Part shown: in pieces, positions 10,465-19,947 of the stretch
Layout of the letters: each line of letters begins with the position of its first letter
Position numbering within the stretch: position 1 is the first letter of the stretch
Source of the DNA: Minisyncoccota bacterium
GTDB taxonomy: Bacteria > Patescibacteriota > Minisyncoccia > Phycocordibacterales > UBA9973
Reading direction: 5' to 3'
DNA length: 64,000 nucleotides
Assembly: GCA_035491955.1 (NCBI GenBank)
Contig: DATJJU010000001.1
Coordinates: forward strand, 393 to 64,392
The notes under the pieces: model-generated
Database searches by the model: none
What the model saw: only the letters and a program-made list of their open reading frames with translations
What the model was told of the DNA's origin: nothing
Translations under genes and position numbers: made by a program

Positions 10465-12156
10465 TTATTCGGTCAAAAGACTAGGATCAGAACCATACAA
10501 ACTAATAACAGGCTGCATGGCATGGCTTGCTCCAGTAGAGATCAGAGGGCCGTCCTCCATCAAGACAATAAAAGCATATTGCGGGTGATCAAGCGGGAAG
10601 AAACCTTCTACCCATGAGTTCACGCGAGTGTTCCCTTTGATCTGGGCTGTACCAGTCTTGGCGCCCACGCCAAAGGCAGGGTTCTGCAAATTAGCAGCCG
10701 TACCACCTGTCTCTGTGTCCATATGCATACCGGTAAAGATGGCATTATATTCGCTGTCATTGAATGGCAACTGTTCTATCTTGCCGATCGGTTTGCCGTC
10801 CACGCTCTTCAAAATACTTGGCGTGACGAGCGTACCGCGAGAAGCAATACCAGAGATTGCTCTGAGCATCTGTATTGGTGTAACTTGAAATCCATACTGG
10901 CCGATAGCCGTGTGATAGGTGTCGCCGATACGCCATGTGGGATCAGCTGGGAAATTCTTTGCTTTCCATGCAATGCTTGGCACCGTACCATTAAGCTCAC
11001 CGCTAAAATTAATGCCGGTCTTTTGTCCAAGACCAAACATTTCTGCGTATTTGTCGATATTGGCAATGCCAAGACCTTGTTGGCCACCAAATCCTCCCCC
11101 GATTTCATAAAAGTAGACATCAGAAGATACAGCCAGAGCTTTATACATATCAACATCGCCGTGATTGGCGTTATCTTTGAAGATGGTGTACTGACCAGGA
11201 GCATAAGGGTTTGGCACGCGCAATACGCCATTGGTATGAAGAACGGTATCAGGAGTAATAATACCTTCCTGCAGTGCCGCAATAGCCAAGAACGGCTTCA
11301 CAATAGAGCCGGGCGTATAGAGACCATCTGTTACGCGATCCAAAAATGGACGAGCCGGGCTTTGAATATATCCGGTGATAGTAGCTTTGTCCTTGCCGGC
11401 AGAAAGAATATTTTCATCGTACTCAGGATAGCTTGTCATGGCGATAAGCTCTCCGGTTTTTATATTCATAACTGCTCCTGCGCCGCCAACATACCCTGAC
11501 TGTTGCGCTAGCGCTTGTATGCCATCGTACAAAGTCTGCTGAACTTTGCTATCGATAGATAGAGAGATATTTTTTCCTTCTACTGGATCTTCAATAGTGC
11601 TGGTGGAAATAGTGGTGCCATTCACATCAGTCTCAATAAGCTGCGTGCCATTCTGTCCTGCCAGGTCGGTATCAAACTGTTTCTCAATGCCATCCTTACC
11701 CATCGTACGCGTCTGCCAAAAATGACCCTTGCTGTCTTTTGCGGGATATGAGACATAGCCAAGCAATGTAGCAAAGCCGGGGTGAGTGATGTAGTCACGA
11801 AATGTCGGCACAACATCGTTGCCGGGAGCATTCCATGCCAATTCTACGCCGTTGCGATCATAGATCACTCCTCTATCGGCAAAGACTGCGATGTGGTCCA
11901 AACTATTCTGTTCGCTTTTCTTTTCATAAAAACCGCTTCTAGTGATTTGCAAAATTGCCAAGCGGCCAACGAAAAATAGCGCCACGACAATCATGACGCC
12001 GAAGAGCGCGTTGAAAGAACTCTTGCCTATCGGCTTTTCCATGCGGCCTTCGAACTGCTGGCGATCAAACTCCGGCAAGTTGTTTACATCGAGCAATATT
12101 TCATCTGGGTGCAATTCTGCCACCAGCCTCTTTTTTCTTTTACGCTTCCAAACCAT
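10465..12156 (-). CDS. mrdA: Penicillin-binding protein 2
   Basis: PGSIVK, SSDVYFY, KTGTAQ; TM anchor. Confidence 0.88.
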   Translation of the reverse strand: MVWKRKRKKRLVAELHPDEILLDVNNLPEFDRQQFEGRMEKPIGKSSFNALFGVMIVVALFFVGRLAILQITRSGFYEKKSEQNSLDHIAVFADRGVIYDRNGVELAWNAPGNDVVPTFRDYITHPGFATLLGYVSYPAKDSKGHFWQTRTMGKDGIEKQFDTDLAGQNGTQLIETDVNGTTISTSTIEDPVEGKNISLSIDSKVQQTLYDGIQALAQQSGYVGGAGAVMNIKTGELIAMTSYPEYDENILSAGKDKATITGYIQSPARPFLDRVTDGLYTPGSIVKPFLAIAALQEGIITPDTVLHTNGVLRVPNPYAPGQYTIFKDNANHGDVDMYKALAVSSDVYFYEIGGGFGGQQGLGIANIDKYAEMFGLGQKTGINFSGELNGTVPSIAWKAKNFPADPTWRIGDTYHTAIGQYGFQVTPIQMLRAISGIASRGTLVTPSILKSVDGKPIGKIEQLPFNDSEYNAIFTGMHMDTETGGTAANLQNPAFGVGAKTGTAQIKGNTRVNSWVEGFFPLDHPQYAFIVLMEDGPLISTGASHAMQPVISLYGSDPSLLTE

Positions 12157-12418
12157 ACACGCGCTGTACTCGCATTTTTTTCATTACATACCAGTGAATA
12201 CCAAGCATTGCTAGGACGATAAGTGTCATCCAATGACTGGTCAGACTAAGCTGGGTGCTGGGTGCATAGAGCGCATCACCAATAATGGCAGGAATAAGGA
12301 TGAGAAATTTATATGGCAAAAGAATAACTGCTGCCGCGAAAAATACCACCTGAATCCATACCGGAAACCACAATACAACTCCAATCAATATAATAACCCC
12401 CGCAATAGTGCGAATCAT
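12140..12418 (-). CDS. Small membrane protein (MreD position)
   Basis: Hydrophobic 92 aa overlapping the pbp2 start. Confidence 0.6.
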   Translation of the reverse strand: MIRTIAGVIILIGVVLWFPVWIQVVFFAAAVILLPYKFLILIPAIIGDALYAPSTQLSLTSHWMTLIVLAMLGIHWYVMKKMRVQRVYGLEA

Positions 12419-12441
12419 GCTGGGATTTTAGCACAGTTTGG

Positions 12442-13179
12442 CTAAAAAATGAGGTTGACGATAAAACGAATCAGGAGAAGCAGGACAAGGATTATGCCAA
12501 TGTAGAAAATGATAGCGCTGCCAAAAAAAGAGGCGGCGGCAGTAGCATAAATGAGGACAATGTAGTTTAGAGGATTATCGAACTTCACCGGCGGAAGGCC
12601 GTCACCAGTATTTTGCGCAGGAGTCTTGCTTGGAGTAATACCGAGTGCCAGCTTGGTTTGATCACGAAGAGCAGCATAGGCGACTGCTTGATTTAGGCGA
12701 AATGTTTCAATTTTTGAAAGCAATGGACCGAGCCAGGCAGTGAGCGTAGAAGATCCAGGAAATGATCCGGTAGTAATAACAGGAGTAACGCCTACGCCGA
12801 CACTGACCGTACCGAGTGTACCAAGAAGGGCCGGAATGCTTTTCTTATTTTTATCTACTGCGCCAGTAACACTTGCAGTGACCACAGTAGCTTTTGCTGG
12901 CATGAGCCATTTTTGTACGAGGGTCTTGGCAGATTGCGAAGCAACAAGAGCGCTCTGAGTACCGATTACACCTGCGTCGGTTTTAAACTGAACGGTGACT
13001 GTGGCATCCTGGGTTTGATTGTTATAGACCAATGCATTAAGTGTAATAGGGGCACCCGAAGCAGCATCGCTTGGAGTAAACCAGACACTGGTATTAGGAA
13101 TAGTATCTACTGCTAGAGCATGACCGTGGAAAATAACAAACGAAAAGAGTGCGATGAAGATGAGAGAAAATTTTTTCAT
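12442..13179 (-). CDS. Exported/membrane-anchored hypothetical protein
   Basis: Signal peptide, beta-rich domain, C-terminal TMs. Confidence 0.7.
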   Translation of the reverse strand: MKKFSLIFIALFSFVIFHGHALAVDTIPNTSVWFTPSDAASGAPITLNALVYNNQTQDATVTVQFKTDAGVIGTQSALVASQSAKTLVQKWLMPAKATVVTASVTGAVDKNKKSIPALLGTLGTVSVGVGVTPVITTGSFPGSSTLTAWLGPLLSKIETFRLNQAVAYAALRDQTKLALGITPSKTPAQNTGDGLPPVKFDNPLNYIVLIYATAAASFFGSAIIFYIGIILVLLLLIRFIVNLIF

Positions 13180-13180
13180 A

Positions 13181-13909
13181 TTATCGTAATGAGAATGAGG
13201 CTTTTACAGTTTCTGTAATTTGCTTTTCTACCTGAGAGGTATCATAGCTGCCATAGTCAGATACATCAGTAGAGTTCAAGGACTGAACCTGTACTACCCC
13301 ACTATTAGCACTCATCAATGTGCCCACTCTTCGTCCTGAACTCTTTGCCAGCTCCGCCACACGAGCTTTCGCATCGGCAATAGCCTGAGAAAGAAGCTTG
13401 ATGCGGGCATCAGCCAGTTTTGAATAGTAGTATTCCAGAGAGTTTGTTGAGAAGATTACGCCTTTATCAATAAGAGCAGACGCGTGATTCGCAGCGTCAG
13501 TAATCTTTTGAACATCACCGGACTGAATGGTAAATGTTTGATTGAGCGTATAAATTTTTTCTGCAGCCTGGTTTTGCTGATACTGCTCATTCATAGAAAT
13601 AGGAGAAATAGTAAGCTCGCTATCGGTAATACCTTGATCCTTCAGGAAGGATTTTGTCGCAACCAGATCAGATGCCATTTGAGCATAGCCGTTCTTAAGA
13701 CTACTTGCTGTAACAGTACGGGCGGTCTGAGCCGTCCACTTTGCCTGGTCAGAAGTTACTTCCATCTTTGCAGATCCAGTAACTGTTACAACATCGTTCT
13801 GAGCGCGAACACGAAAAACGGTGTACATGCCGATTAAAATGGCAATGATAAGACTCAGTCCCAAGATAGCGCCGAGCTTTACAAGTGGATGTTGTTTTTC
13901 CCAATACAT
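13181..13909 (-). CDS. SIMPL-domain (DUF541) protein
   Basis: VTVTGSA..V.SD, AIADAKAR..LA, GVVQV. Confidence 0.85.
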   Translation of the reverse strand: MYWEKQHPLVKLGAILGLSLIIAILIGMYTVFRVRAQNDVVTVTGSAKMEVTSDQAKWTAQTARTVTASSLKNGYAQMASDLVATKSFLKDQGITDSELTISPISMNEQYQQNQAAEKIYTLNQTFTIQSGDVQKITDAANHASALIDKGVIFSTNSLEYYYSKLADARIKLLSQAIADAKARVAELAKSSGRRVGTLMSANSGVVQVQSLNSTDVSDYGSYDTSQVEKQITETVKASFSLR

Positions 13910-13927
13910 ATCACAAGTATATACTGT

Positions 13928-14188
13928 TTATTTTTTGATAGCACCTTCTTTTATCAACAATGCACGCTTGGCCTCAGAACCACCGCGATTGTAGTTGCCG
14001 ATGCTGCCGTCTGAACGGAGCACGCGATGACATGGCACAGTCGGATCATAGTTCTGTCGCATATAGGTACCGACAGCGCGAGCGGCCTTGGCATTCCCTG
14101 CCTTCTTTGCTACTTCGCCATAGGTCATAGTCTTGCCTTTTGGGATGTTGCGTACCACATCAAGGACTTTTTCTTTGAAGGTTTTCAT
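13928..14188 (-). CDS. O6-methylguanine-DNA methyltransferase (single domain)
   Basis: IPKGKTMTYG, ARAVG, active-site PCHRV. Confidence 0.9.
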   Translation of the reverse strand: MKTFKEKVLDVVRNIPKGKTMTYGEVAKKAGNAKAARAVGTYMRQNYDPTVPCHRVLRSDGSIGNYNRGGSEAKRALLIKEGAIKK

Positions 14189-14212
14189 GGATATAAGTAT
14201 ACCGCACAAAGC

Positions 14213-14244
14213 AAAAAGCGTTTTTCCCTTTGGGAAAAACGCTT
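14213..14244. terminator. Terminator of the 14265-14786 module
   Basis: AAGCGTTTTTCCC-TTT-GGGAAAAACGCTT. Confidence 0.7.
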
Positions 14245-14264
14245 CATATATAATTTACTATTAT

Positions 14265-14786
14265 TTATTTAAGAAAAGCATACCAAACGCTGTCATGGAT
14301 AAAGAGACCCTGCATACGGACATATGACCCTCGATCACGACCCCGCCACCAGGCATAGCATGCTTCACCGCAACCATCGATCAGACAACCTGTTGTCTCA
14401 ACAACTTCTACCTTTGTTCGATCCAGCCTACGGTTAAGATCGGGGTACTGCCGACCGAGAGCAAATAATGCATGCGGTACTGTCTTGCGCAGTTTGTTTT
14501 GTAAACCCCATTCTAATGCTTTTTTGTAGCCATAACTAATATCCGACCAATTGAACAAGACGATGGTTTCTTGTACTACACTTTCTTGCGGCATAGCATA
14601 TTGATCGGCAAACATGCGGGCATTGTACGACAGCCGCATCTGATTGCTGGCATCCATAGCAGCCTCCTCAAATGGTTTGATGTAGTTCACTTCCAAGGGA
14701 AGCATGCGAACCCGGCCATCAACTTTCTTAGCATTAGCTTGTAGGTCGTTAAACCACACATAAATATCATCTTCTAAAAGTTCCAT
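14265..14786 (-). CDS. Hypothetical protein, accessory module
   Basis: 173-aa ORF with own TTGACA-N17-TATTGT promoter. Confidence 0.75.
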   Translation of the reverse strand: MELLEDDIYVWFNDLQANAKKVDGRVRMLPLEVNYIKPFEEAAMDASNQMRLSYNARMFADQYAMPQESVVQETIVLFNWSDISYGYKKALEWGLQNKLRKTVPHALFALGRQYPDLNRRLDRTKVEVVETTGCLIDGCGEACYAWWRGRDRGSYVRMQGLFIHDSVWYAFLK

Positions 14787-14870
14787 AGTGATTTTTTTCG
14801 TACAATAAAAGAAAATGGGTTGTTTGTCAATAAGAAAAAGATTTGTCCATACATGGACGCTGTTAAATTG

Positions 14871-14928
14871 GGGTCCACAAGAAAAATCCCTCCATTATTT
14901 CTAACAGAGGGATTTTTCTTGTGGACCC
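14871..14928. repeat. 22-bp perfect inverted repeat including the tRNA-Ala 3' end
   Basis: GGGTCCACAAGAAAAATCCCTC / GAGGGATTTTTCTTGTGGACCC. Confidence 0.9.
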
Positions 14929-14994
14929 TAGGAGATTCGAACTCCTGACCTCCTCTTTGCAAAAGAGGCGCTCTACCAACTAAGCTAAGGGCCC
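14922..14994 (-). tRNA. tRNA-Ala(TGC)
   Basis: Cloverleaf, G3:U70, anticodon TGC, TTCGAAT T-loop. Confidence 0.97.
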
Positions 14995-15065
14995 AATATT
15001 CAAGTACAAGTGATTTTACTATATATCTGTTTTTTTGCAATTACCGACCATTGTTGTGTAATGGG

Positions 15066-15083
15066 TGGGGTCTGACCCCATTT
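15066..15083. repeat. REP-like palindrome GGGGTCTGACCCC
   Basis: Same core recurs inverted at 24361-24373. Confidence 0.7.
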
Positions 15084-15666
15084 ATTTAAACTCAAAAAGT
15101 TTATCGCGGAAGTCTTCGATACGACCCTTCTTATCTAGCTGTATTCCCTCCTTTTTATAGAGCGCACGACGCTTGGCTTCGTGTGTACTATCAAACCAGG
15201 CTCGGCCATCAGAGTAGACGATGCGATGAAATGGAATATTCTTCTCCCCTGCTTTGTAGGCTTTGCCGAGAATACCGGTAATACTACGAGACGCCATTGA
15301 ACCACCGCCAGCTGCTCGTGCAATCAGTCCGTACGTTGTAACTTTTCCGGCAGGCACCATGAGCGCCAATTCCACAACACGATCGCTGAATGTTTTCATC
15401 GCAGCAGTATGGTTATTTGATGTATTTTTCATAAGTATTGTTTTTTGTTCTCGCGTAAGCTTTTTTAATTCTGCCTCACGGCTAAGGGCATGTCCTCGAT
15501 CTTTGTGTACTTCATTATATTTCATAATGACCGGCCTGCGAATTTTAGTATACCGAGCACCAGACTTCAGATAGTTATGACTATGGAGGCGTTTCTCTAA
15601 GTCGTTCGTTGAGCCAATATAATACGAGCCATCAGCACATTCCAAAATATACACGTAATACTTCAT
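15082..15666 (-). CDS. GIY-YIG endonuclease fused to alkyltransferase-like (ATL) domain
   Basis: YVYILECADGSYYIG..RL..H..E..LK, then VPAGKVTTYG and PFHRI; start reset to MKYYVY. Confidence 0.85.
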   Translation of the reverse strand: MKYYVYILECADGSYYIGSTNDLEKRLHSHNYLKSGARYTKIRRPVIMKYNEVHKDRGHALSREAELKKLTREQKTILMKNTSNNHTAAMKTFSDRVVELALMVPAGKVTTYGLIARAAGGGSMASRSITGILGKAYKAGEKNIPFHRIVYSDGRAWFDSTHEAKRRALYKKEGIQLDKKGRIEDFRDKLFEFK

Positions 15667-15667
15667 A

Positions 15668-16171
15668 CTACAATACTCTGCTATCGTAGGCCCAATGTAA
15701 TAATGCCTGGCGCTGTTTTGGTCGACATGTCTCTTGCCCACGACGACAATTATTCCTAATTTGCCCTACATGACGAGTCATCATTTTCCACCGCTTAATT
15801 TGTCTTTCATCCTCTTGAGGGATGCGTCGTCCCATATAATAGCGACAATACCATTGAAACCATCCTCGCGGATCATCTTTGTATATCCAGCCGTTCTTTC
15901 GCCAGACAGAAAGCGGTTGCGAAGCATTGACCCCAAAATAGTTCAGTTCTGCATCGTGGCGTTCGTGGCAGAGCTTGGCTTTGGTAAACCAGTCTTTAGG
16001 AAATTCTTCGCGGCAATCGGTCATATACTTGCCGCCAAAAACTCCGAGTTCGAGTATTTCCTTTGGTGTCAGATCGGGCTTGAAGTCAGGGGCAAAATTT
16101 TTCCCTATGGGTTCAATACAATCATAGCTATAGTCTTGTTGCATTAGGTCATTGACTACAACTGTTTTCAT
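15668..16171 (-). CDS. Conserved hypothetical protein
   Basis: GVFGGKY, DPRGWFQWYCRYYMGRR, QIKRW, RQALLHWA; stop 1 nt before next ATG. Confidence 0.85.
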   Translation of the reverse strand: MKTVVVNDLMQQDYSYDCIEPIGKNFAPDFKPDLTPKEILELGVFGGKYMTDCREEFPKDWFTKAKLCHERHDAELNYFGVNASQPLSVWRKNGWIYKDDPRGWFQWYCRYYMGRRIPQEDERQIKRWKMMTRHVGQIRNNCRRGQETCRPKQRQALLHWAYDSRVL

Positions 16172-16221
16172 GCAACAAGTATACCATTGTAAAATGAGCT
16201 GTTTCGGGTATAATGATGACC

Positions 16222-16347
16222 ATGGCAAAACGAAGCAAAACTATCGGTATTCATCCGAAATCAAACAAATCCCACAAGACCAAAAAGCGTCTTGAGGTCA
16301 AGCGCACAATGCTTGCAGCGAAAAAGACTAGTAAAAAGAAGAAATAA
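16222..16347 (+). CDS. Small Lys-rich basic protein (41 aa, not in ORF track)
   Basis: MAKRSKTIGIHPKSNKSHKTKKRLEVKRTMLAAKKTSKKKK; TATAAT-7nt-ATG and own terminator. Confidence 0.75.
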   Translation: MAKRSKTIGIHPKSNKSHKTKKRLEVKRTMLAAKKTSKKKK

Positions 16348-16349
16348 TA

Positions 16350-16383
16350 CAAAAGCCCCGCCAACATGTTGGCGGGGCTTTTG
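16350..16383. terminator. Perfect palindromic terminator
   Basis: CAAAAGCCCCGCCAACATGTTGGCGGGGCTTTTG. Confidence 0.8.
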
Positions 16384-16442
16384 TATTATTTCTTATTTGA
16401 CTTTTCTGTAAAAAACAGTAGTTTGAAGAAAAACACATTGAG

Positions 16443-17015
16443 ATGAAATACAAATATATAGTTATTTTTCCGATTCCCGACCCTTATCTGGAGCGGATTA
16501 TAGAGATAATGGATATCATCGCTCTCTATACCGGCATTGAGCCTCCCTACAAAAGACTGGTTCCCCATATCACCTTTCACAGACCGATAGAAAATATTGA
16601 AGAAGAGGTAATAAAAGATTTTGTAAAAAGCATGGTGCTTCAAATGCGAAGAACACGCATTACGATCAGCGATCTGTTTCCTTTTGGAAAACAATACATT
16701 GTTTTCCCGGTTCATGCTACACGAGCAGTAGCAGAATTCTGGGTGGGCATAAATTATTTATTGAGCAGGCTGAAAGAATATGTTCATGGAGAATTCGATC
16801 ATGACAATACGCTTCACATCAGCGTTGCAGAGAAAACTTCTGACGTTTTTGACGAAGTGTGGCCTACTATCAAAAAGATGGTTAGCTTTGATCCGATGAA
16901 TATTCCGGTGGGCAAGATTGCTATTTACCGCAAGCCAATCGATCCAAGTGAAAATGGTAATTGGGAACTTGTCGTGCATTATCTTATTGATTGGAGAAAA
17001 ACAAAAAGCGGCTGA
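16443..17015 (+). CDS. 2H phosphoesterase (2'-5' RNA ligase-like), accessory module
   Basis: PHITF and LHISV motifs; TTGACT-N16-TAGTTT. Confidence 0.8.
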   Translation: MKYKYIVIFPIPDPYLERIIEIMDIIALYTGIEPPYKRLVPHITFHRPIENIEEEVIKDFVKSMVLQMRRTRITISDLFPFGKQYIVFPVHATRAVAEFWVGINYLLSRLKEYVHGEFDHDNTLHISVAEKTSDVFDEVWPTIKKMVSFDPMNIPVGKIAIYRKPIDPSENGNWELVVHYLIDWRKTKSG

Positions 17016-17035
17016 CAAATGTCAGCCGCTTTTTT
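17003..17035. terminator. Bidirectional terminator
   Basis: AAAAAGCGGCTGACA-AA-TGTCAGCCGCTTTTT. Confidence 0.8.
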
Positions 17036-17044
17036 AATTTCTTA

Positions 17045-17461
17045 CTACTTCCACGCATTCAAGATCAATGCGAAGGCAATGAAGGTGACGAGTTCATTGC
17101 CGATGCCGATCCAAAACATTTTCCATGAGAGCTTCTTCGGCTTGCCGCTCCAGAGCGCTCCGCCGCCCATAACGGTAACAGTGAAGCCAAACCATACGAA
17201 GATAGCAATCTCCACTGCGCCAGCCATGCCAGCCCAGTGCAGGATCACTTGATCCAATGCCCAGGCCTGAATCAATGCGAGAACGAACTGTACGAAGTAC
17301 ATGCCCCACATTTTCTTCTTCATTTCCTCTTTGCGTTCTGGAGTCATTTCCGGAGCGCCCATAACTTCCATCTGAGCCTTGCCAAACAATGGACCATGCC
17401 AGATAGAACCAATGATCATTGCTGCAATACCGCAGACAAGGATCGCTACATAATTAACCAT
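17045..17461 (-). CDS. DUF1761 membrane protein
   Basis: NYVAILV...IGSIWHGPLFGK. Confidence 0.8.
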   Translation of the reverse strand: MVNYVAILVCGIAAMIIGSIWHGPLFGKAQMEVMGAPEMTPERKEEMKKKMWGMYFVQFVLALIQAWALDQVILHWAGMAGAVEIAIFVWFGFTVTVMGGGALWSGKPKKLSWKMFWIGIGNELVTFIAFALILNAWK

Positions 17462-17509
17462 AAAAAATAAATAAATACTTATAAAAACACTAACAACTTA
17501 TAGTGTAGA

Positions 17510-18295
17510 TTATTTTGCGATAAGCTCAAAGGTATTACTGGTAGCATCGCCGATTTCGAACTGATACATGCCGGATTTCAGGTATGAAGGAAATGTATAG
17601 TTGTATGAACCGGTATTGGAAACATGATACACACGATCAACAAGGCTGACGGATACGCCGACTGATTTCAACGCATCATCGATGAGAAAAATGTCGATCG
17701 GATTCTGCCCTCCTGTCCATTTCAAAGTATATGACCGCCCTACTGTGAATTTTTCACCGCCCGCCGGTACGCTGATATGTACGCTCTGCGCGCCATCTGA
17801 CGGATCACACTCTACTCGTGGATAGAGCAAAATTTCTGACTGCTTTGCTGTATCAGGCACAAGCATGCCATTCTTCGATATAAGCGGATAACGAAGCTGC
17901 TCCAGCCCTGTCTGATTGGTCTGGAATAATTCTTCTTCTTTATTCTTTGAGCCTTCAATCGTATATGAGTACACGGCATCAATAGCATTGCCCTTCACGG
18001 TACCAACAAAAGTTCCATTGTAGCCATTGGTCATATCTGGACCTTCTTGTGTGCCAGTCTTAGTGCCCGTTACTGTATTTCCATTGATAGTGATATCAAG
18101 TTTTTCATGCGTCGTATATGGCGCATCCTTGGTTGCATCATGACTATAGGTGTAGCACTGTCTGCCGTCTTGAAGCGTCAATACTGAAGGTATAGATATA
18201 GGCACAGAATTTTTCTTAAGCAAAAGCTTTTGTGCGGCAATGCTAATGCCGATAAGAACGAGTGCTATGAGTACCAGTATTTTCCATGTCTTCAT
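17510..18295 (-). CDS. Exported beta-rich hypothetical protein
   Basis: Signal anchor; N domain resembles 50727-51212; C-terminal PAGGE..G..Y...W Ig-like domain. Confidence 0.75.
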   Translation of the reverse strand: MKTWKILVLIALVLIGISIAAQKLLLKKNSVPISIPSVLTLQDGRQCYTYSHDATKDAPYTTHEKLDITINGNTVTGTKTGTQEGPDMTNGYNGTFVGTVKGNAIDAVYSYTIEGSKNKEEELFQTNQTGLEQLRYPLISKNGMLVPDTAKQSEILLYPRVECDPSDGAQSVHISVPAGGEKFTVGRSYTLKWTGGQNPIDIFLIDDALKSVGVSVSLVDRVYHVSNTGSYNYTFPSYLKSGMYQFEIGDATSNTFELIAK

Positions 18296-18310
18296 AACTG
18301 CAGTATACGC

Positions 18311-19174
18311 TTATTGAAAAAGATTCATAAACTTCACGGGATCAATCGAAACATTATTTATTCTGACAGTAAGGTGCAGATGCGGACCAATGGCATAGCC
18401 GGTTTGGCCGCTCCAGCCAATGATCTGTCCCTGTTTTACAATCTGCCCTTGCTTCACATTAAACTTCGAAAGATGGAGATAGTATGTCATCAGTCCTTGT
18501 CCGTGATCGATCACGATAGTATTGCCGTACGTTACACTATTCTTTTTCACTACGCGTACGATGCCTCTGCCCATAGCCATGATAGGCGTACCTTCTGGTG
18601 CGCGGAAATCAGTGCCCTTATGCAAAATATCAAAACCATCAGTGTTACGAGTGTAGCCGTAGGGATCAGTAATAGCGATACTGGTTAGTGGGTATATAAA
18701 TGGCGCACTCCATAATGTTTTTTTATTCGTTTTGATATTACTGAAATATACTGCTTCTTTTTTAAGCTCGCTTACGACATTCGCTGCACTTTGCGCAGTA
18801 TCTCCGCCTAACTTATCAGGGATACCGAGTGGCTTCACATCTTGCGGGCGCTCCTGTACTACTACCGGTGTTTTGATGACATCACCGTTCGTCATTGTTG
18901 TCACCACATCGTACGTAGCTGCTTTGAGGTGGATATCGATACCGACCAATACGGTTGGTACGGACTTATACAAGAACACTCCTTCCTTCTTTCCATTAAA
19001 GGTAATGCTTTTGATACTGGATACTTTCGCTACATTCTCCACCTTTATCATAAATGGATCACCTTGTATCAGATCGGTCGGCGTAATCACTACTGTCGGT
19101 GCTACAGCAAAAACCTTCCCAGCTCCCGCAAAAACTACACACATCGCTATAAAACCGATAATGAATTTCTTCAT
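18311..19174 (-). CDS. M23 family metallopeptidase
   Basis: HKGTD, YGNTIVIDHG, YLHLS, GPHLH. Confidence 0.92.
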   Translation of the reverse strand: MKKFIIGFIAMCVVFAGAGKVFAVAPTVVITPTDLIQGDPFMIKVENVAKVSSIKSITFNGKKEGVFLYKSVPTVLVGIDIHLKAATYDVVTTMTNGDVIKTPVVVQERPQDVKPLGIPDKLGGDTAQSAANVVSELKKEAVYFSNIKTNKKTLWSAPFIYPLTSIAITDPYGYTRNTDGFDILHKGTDFRAPEGTPIMAMGRGIVRVVKKNSVTYGNTIVIDHGQGLMTYYLHLSKFNVKQGQIVKQGQIIGWSGQTGYAIGPHLHLTVRINNVSIDPVKFMNLFQ

Positions 19175-19194
19175 ACTTCCATTATACCTTTTTC

Positions 19195-19211
19195 CATAGG
19201 TCCAACCTATG
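19195..19211. repeat. REP-like palindrome (AGGTCCRACCT core)
   Basis: CATAGGTCCAACCTATG. Confidence 0.7.
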
Positions 19212-19282
19212 AGTTTTGATCAGGCAATATTGTTGACAAAAAAGGGAGAAAACGTAGGATAGGAAAAACTTAATCATTCTTT

Positions 19283-19906
19283 ATGAAACCAAGACTTATT
19301 GTATTTGCTTCAGGCTCTGCCACAGGTGGCGGATCTGGCTTTGAAAAACTTTGTATTGCCGCACAAGACGGAACCCTGCAGGCAAAGATTGTTGCTGTTG
19401 TATCAAACCATCAGAATGGCGGCGTAAGAAAAATTGCCGAAAAATACAGCATACCTTTTGAGCATTTTAATGGCCCTTATATTGCATCAGAATATTGGCG
19501 GATAAACATACAATACAAAGCAGAATGGACAGCATTGTCAGGCTGGATAAAAATAGTAAAAGGATTGAATCCTCGTACTACTATTAATATTCATCCTGGA
19601 CCCCTCCCGGAATTTGGCGGCAAAGGATTCTATGGGCATCACGTACATGAAGCAGTGCTCGCTGCTTATAAACGCGGCGAAGTTACCCATTCTGCTGTAA
19701 CAATGCATTTTGTAACACCGGTATATGATGAAGGACCACATATTCTTCGTATTCCTGTTCCTATAATGCCTGATGACACTACTGACACGCTTGGCAAGCG
19801 AGTAAATGAAGTTGAACATATGTGGCAAGCAAAAATCACCAACCTGGTTGTCAATAAAAGCATTTTTCTTGATAAAGGAATCGTTGTAGGAGCAATCCTA
19901 CACTAA
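19283..19906 (+). CDS. purN: Phosphoribosylglycinamide formyltransferase
   Basis: FASGS..GSGF, INIHPGPLP.FGG.G.YG, MHFV...YDEGP. Confidence 0.9.
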   Translation: MKPRLIVFASGSATGGGSGFEKLCIAAQDGTLQAKIVAVVSNHQNGGVRKIAEKYSIPFEHFNGPYIASEYWRINIQYKAEWTALSGWIKIVKGLNPRTTINIHPGPLPEFGGKGFYGHHVHEAVLAAYKRGEVTHSAVTMHFVTPVYDEGPHILRIPVPIMPDDTTDTLGKRVNEVEHMWQAKITNLVVNKSIFLDKGIVVGAILH

Positions 19907-19908
19907 AA

Positions 19909-19942
19909 AATACCCTGAAGTCGATATCGACTTCAGGGTATT
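19909..19942. terminator. Palindromic terminator between convergent purN and purL
   Basis: AATACCCTGAAGTCGATATCGACTTCAGGGTATT. Confidence 0.75.
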
Positions 19943-19947
19943 ATTAC

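Noticed and set aside
10628-11979. Long antisense ORFs within pbp2 (and similarly within purL, ychF and other genes)
   Set aside because: Opposite-strand shadows of well-supported genes with no recognisable motifs.
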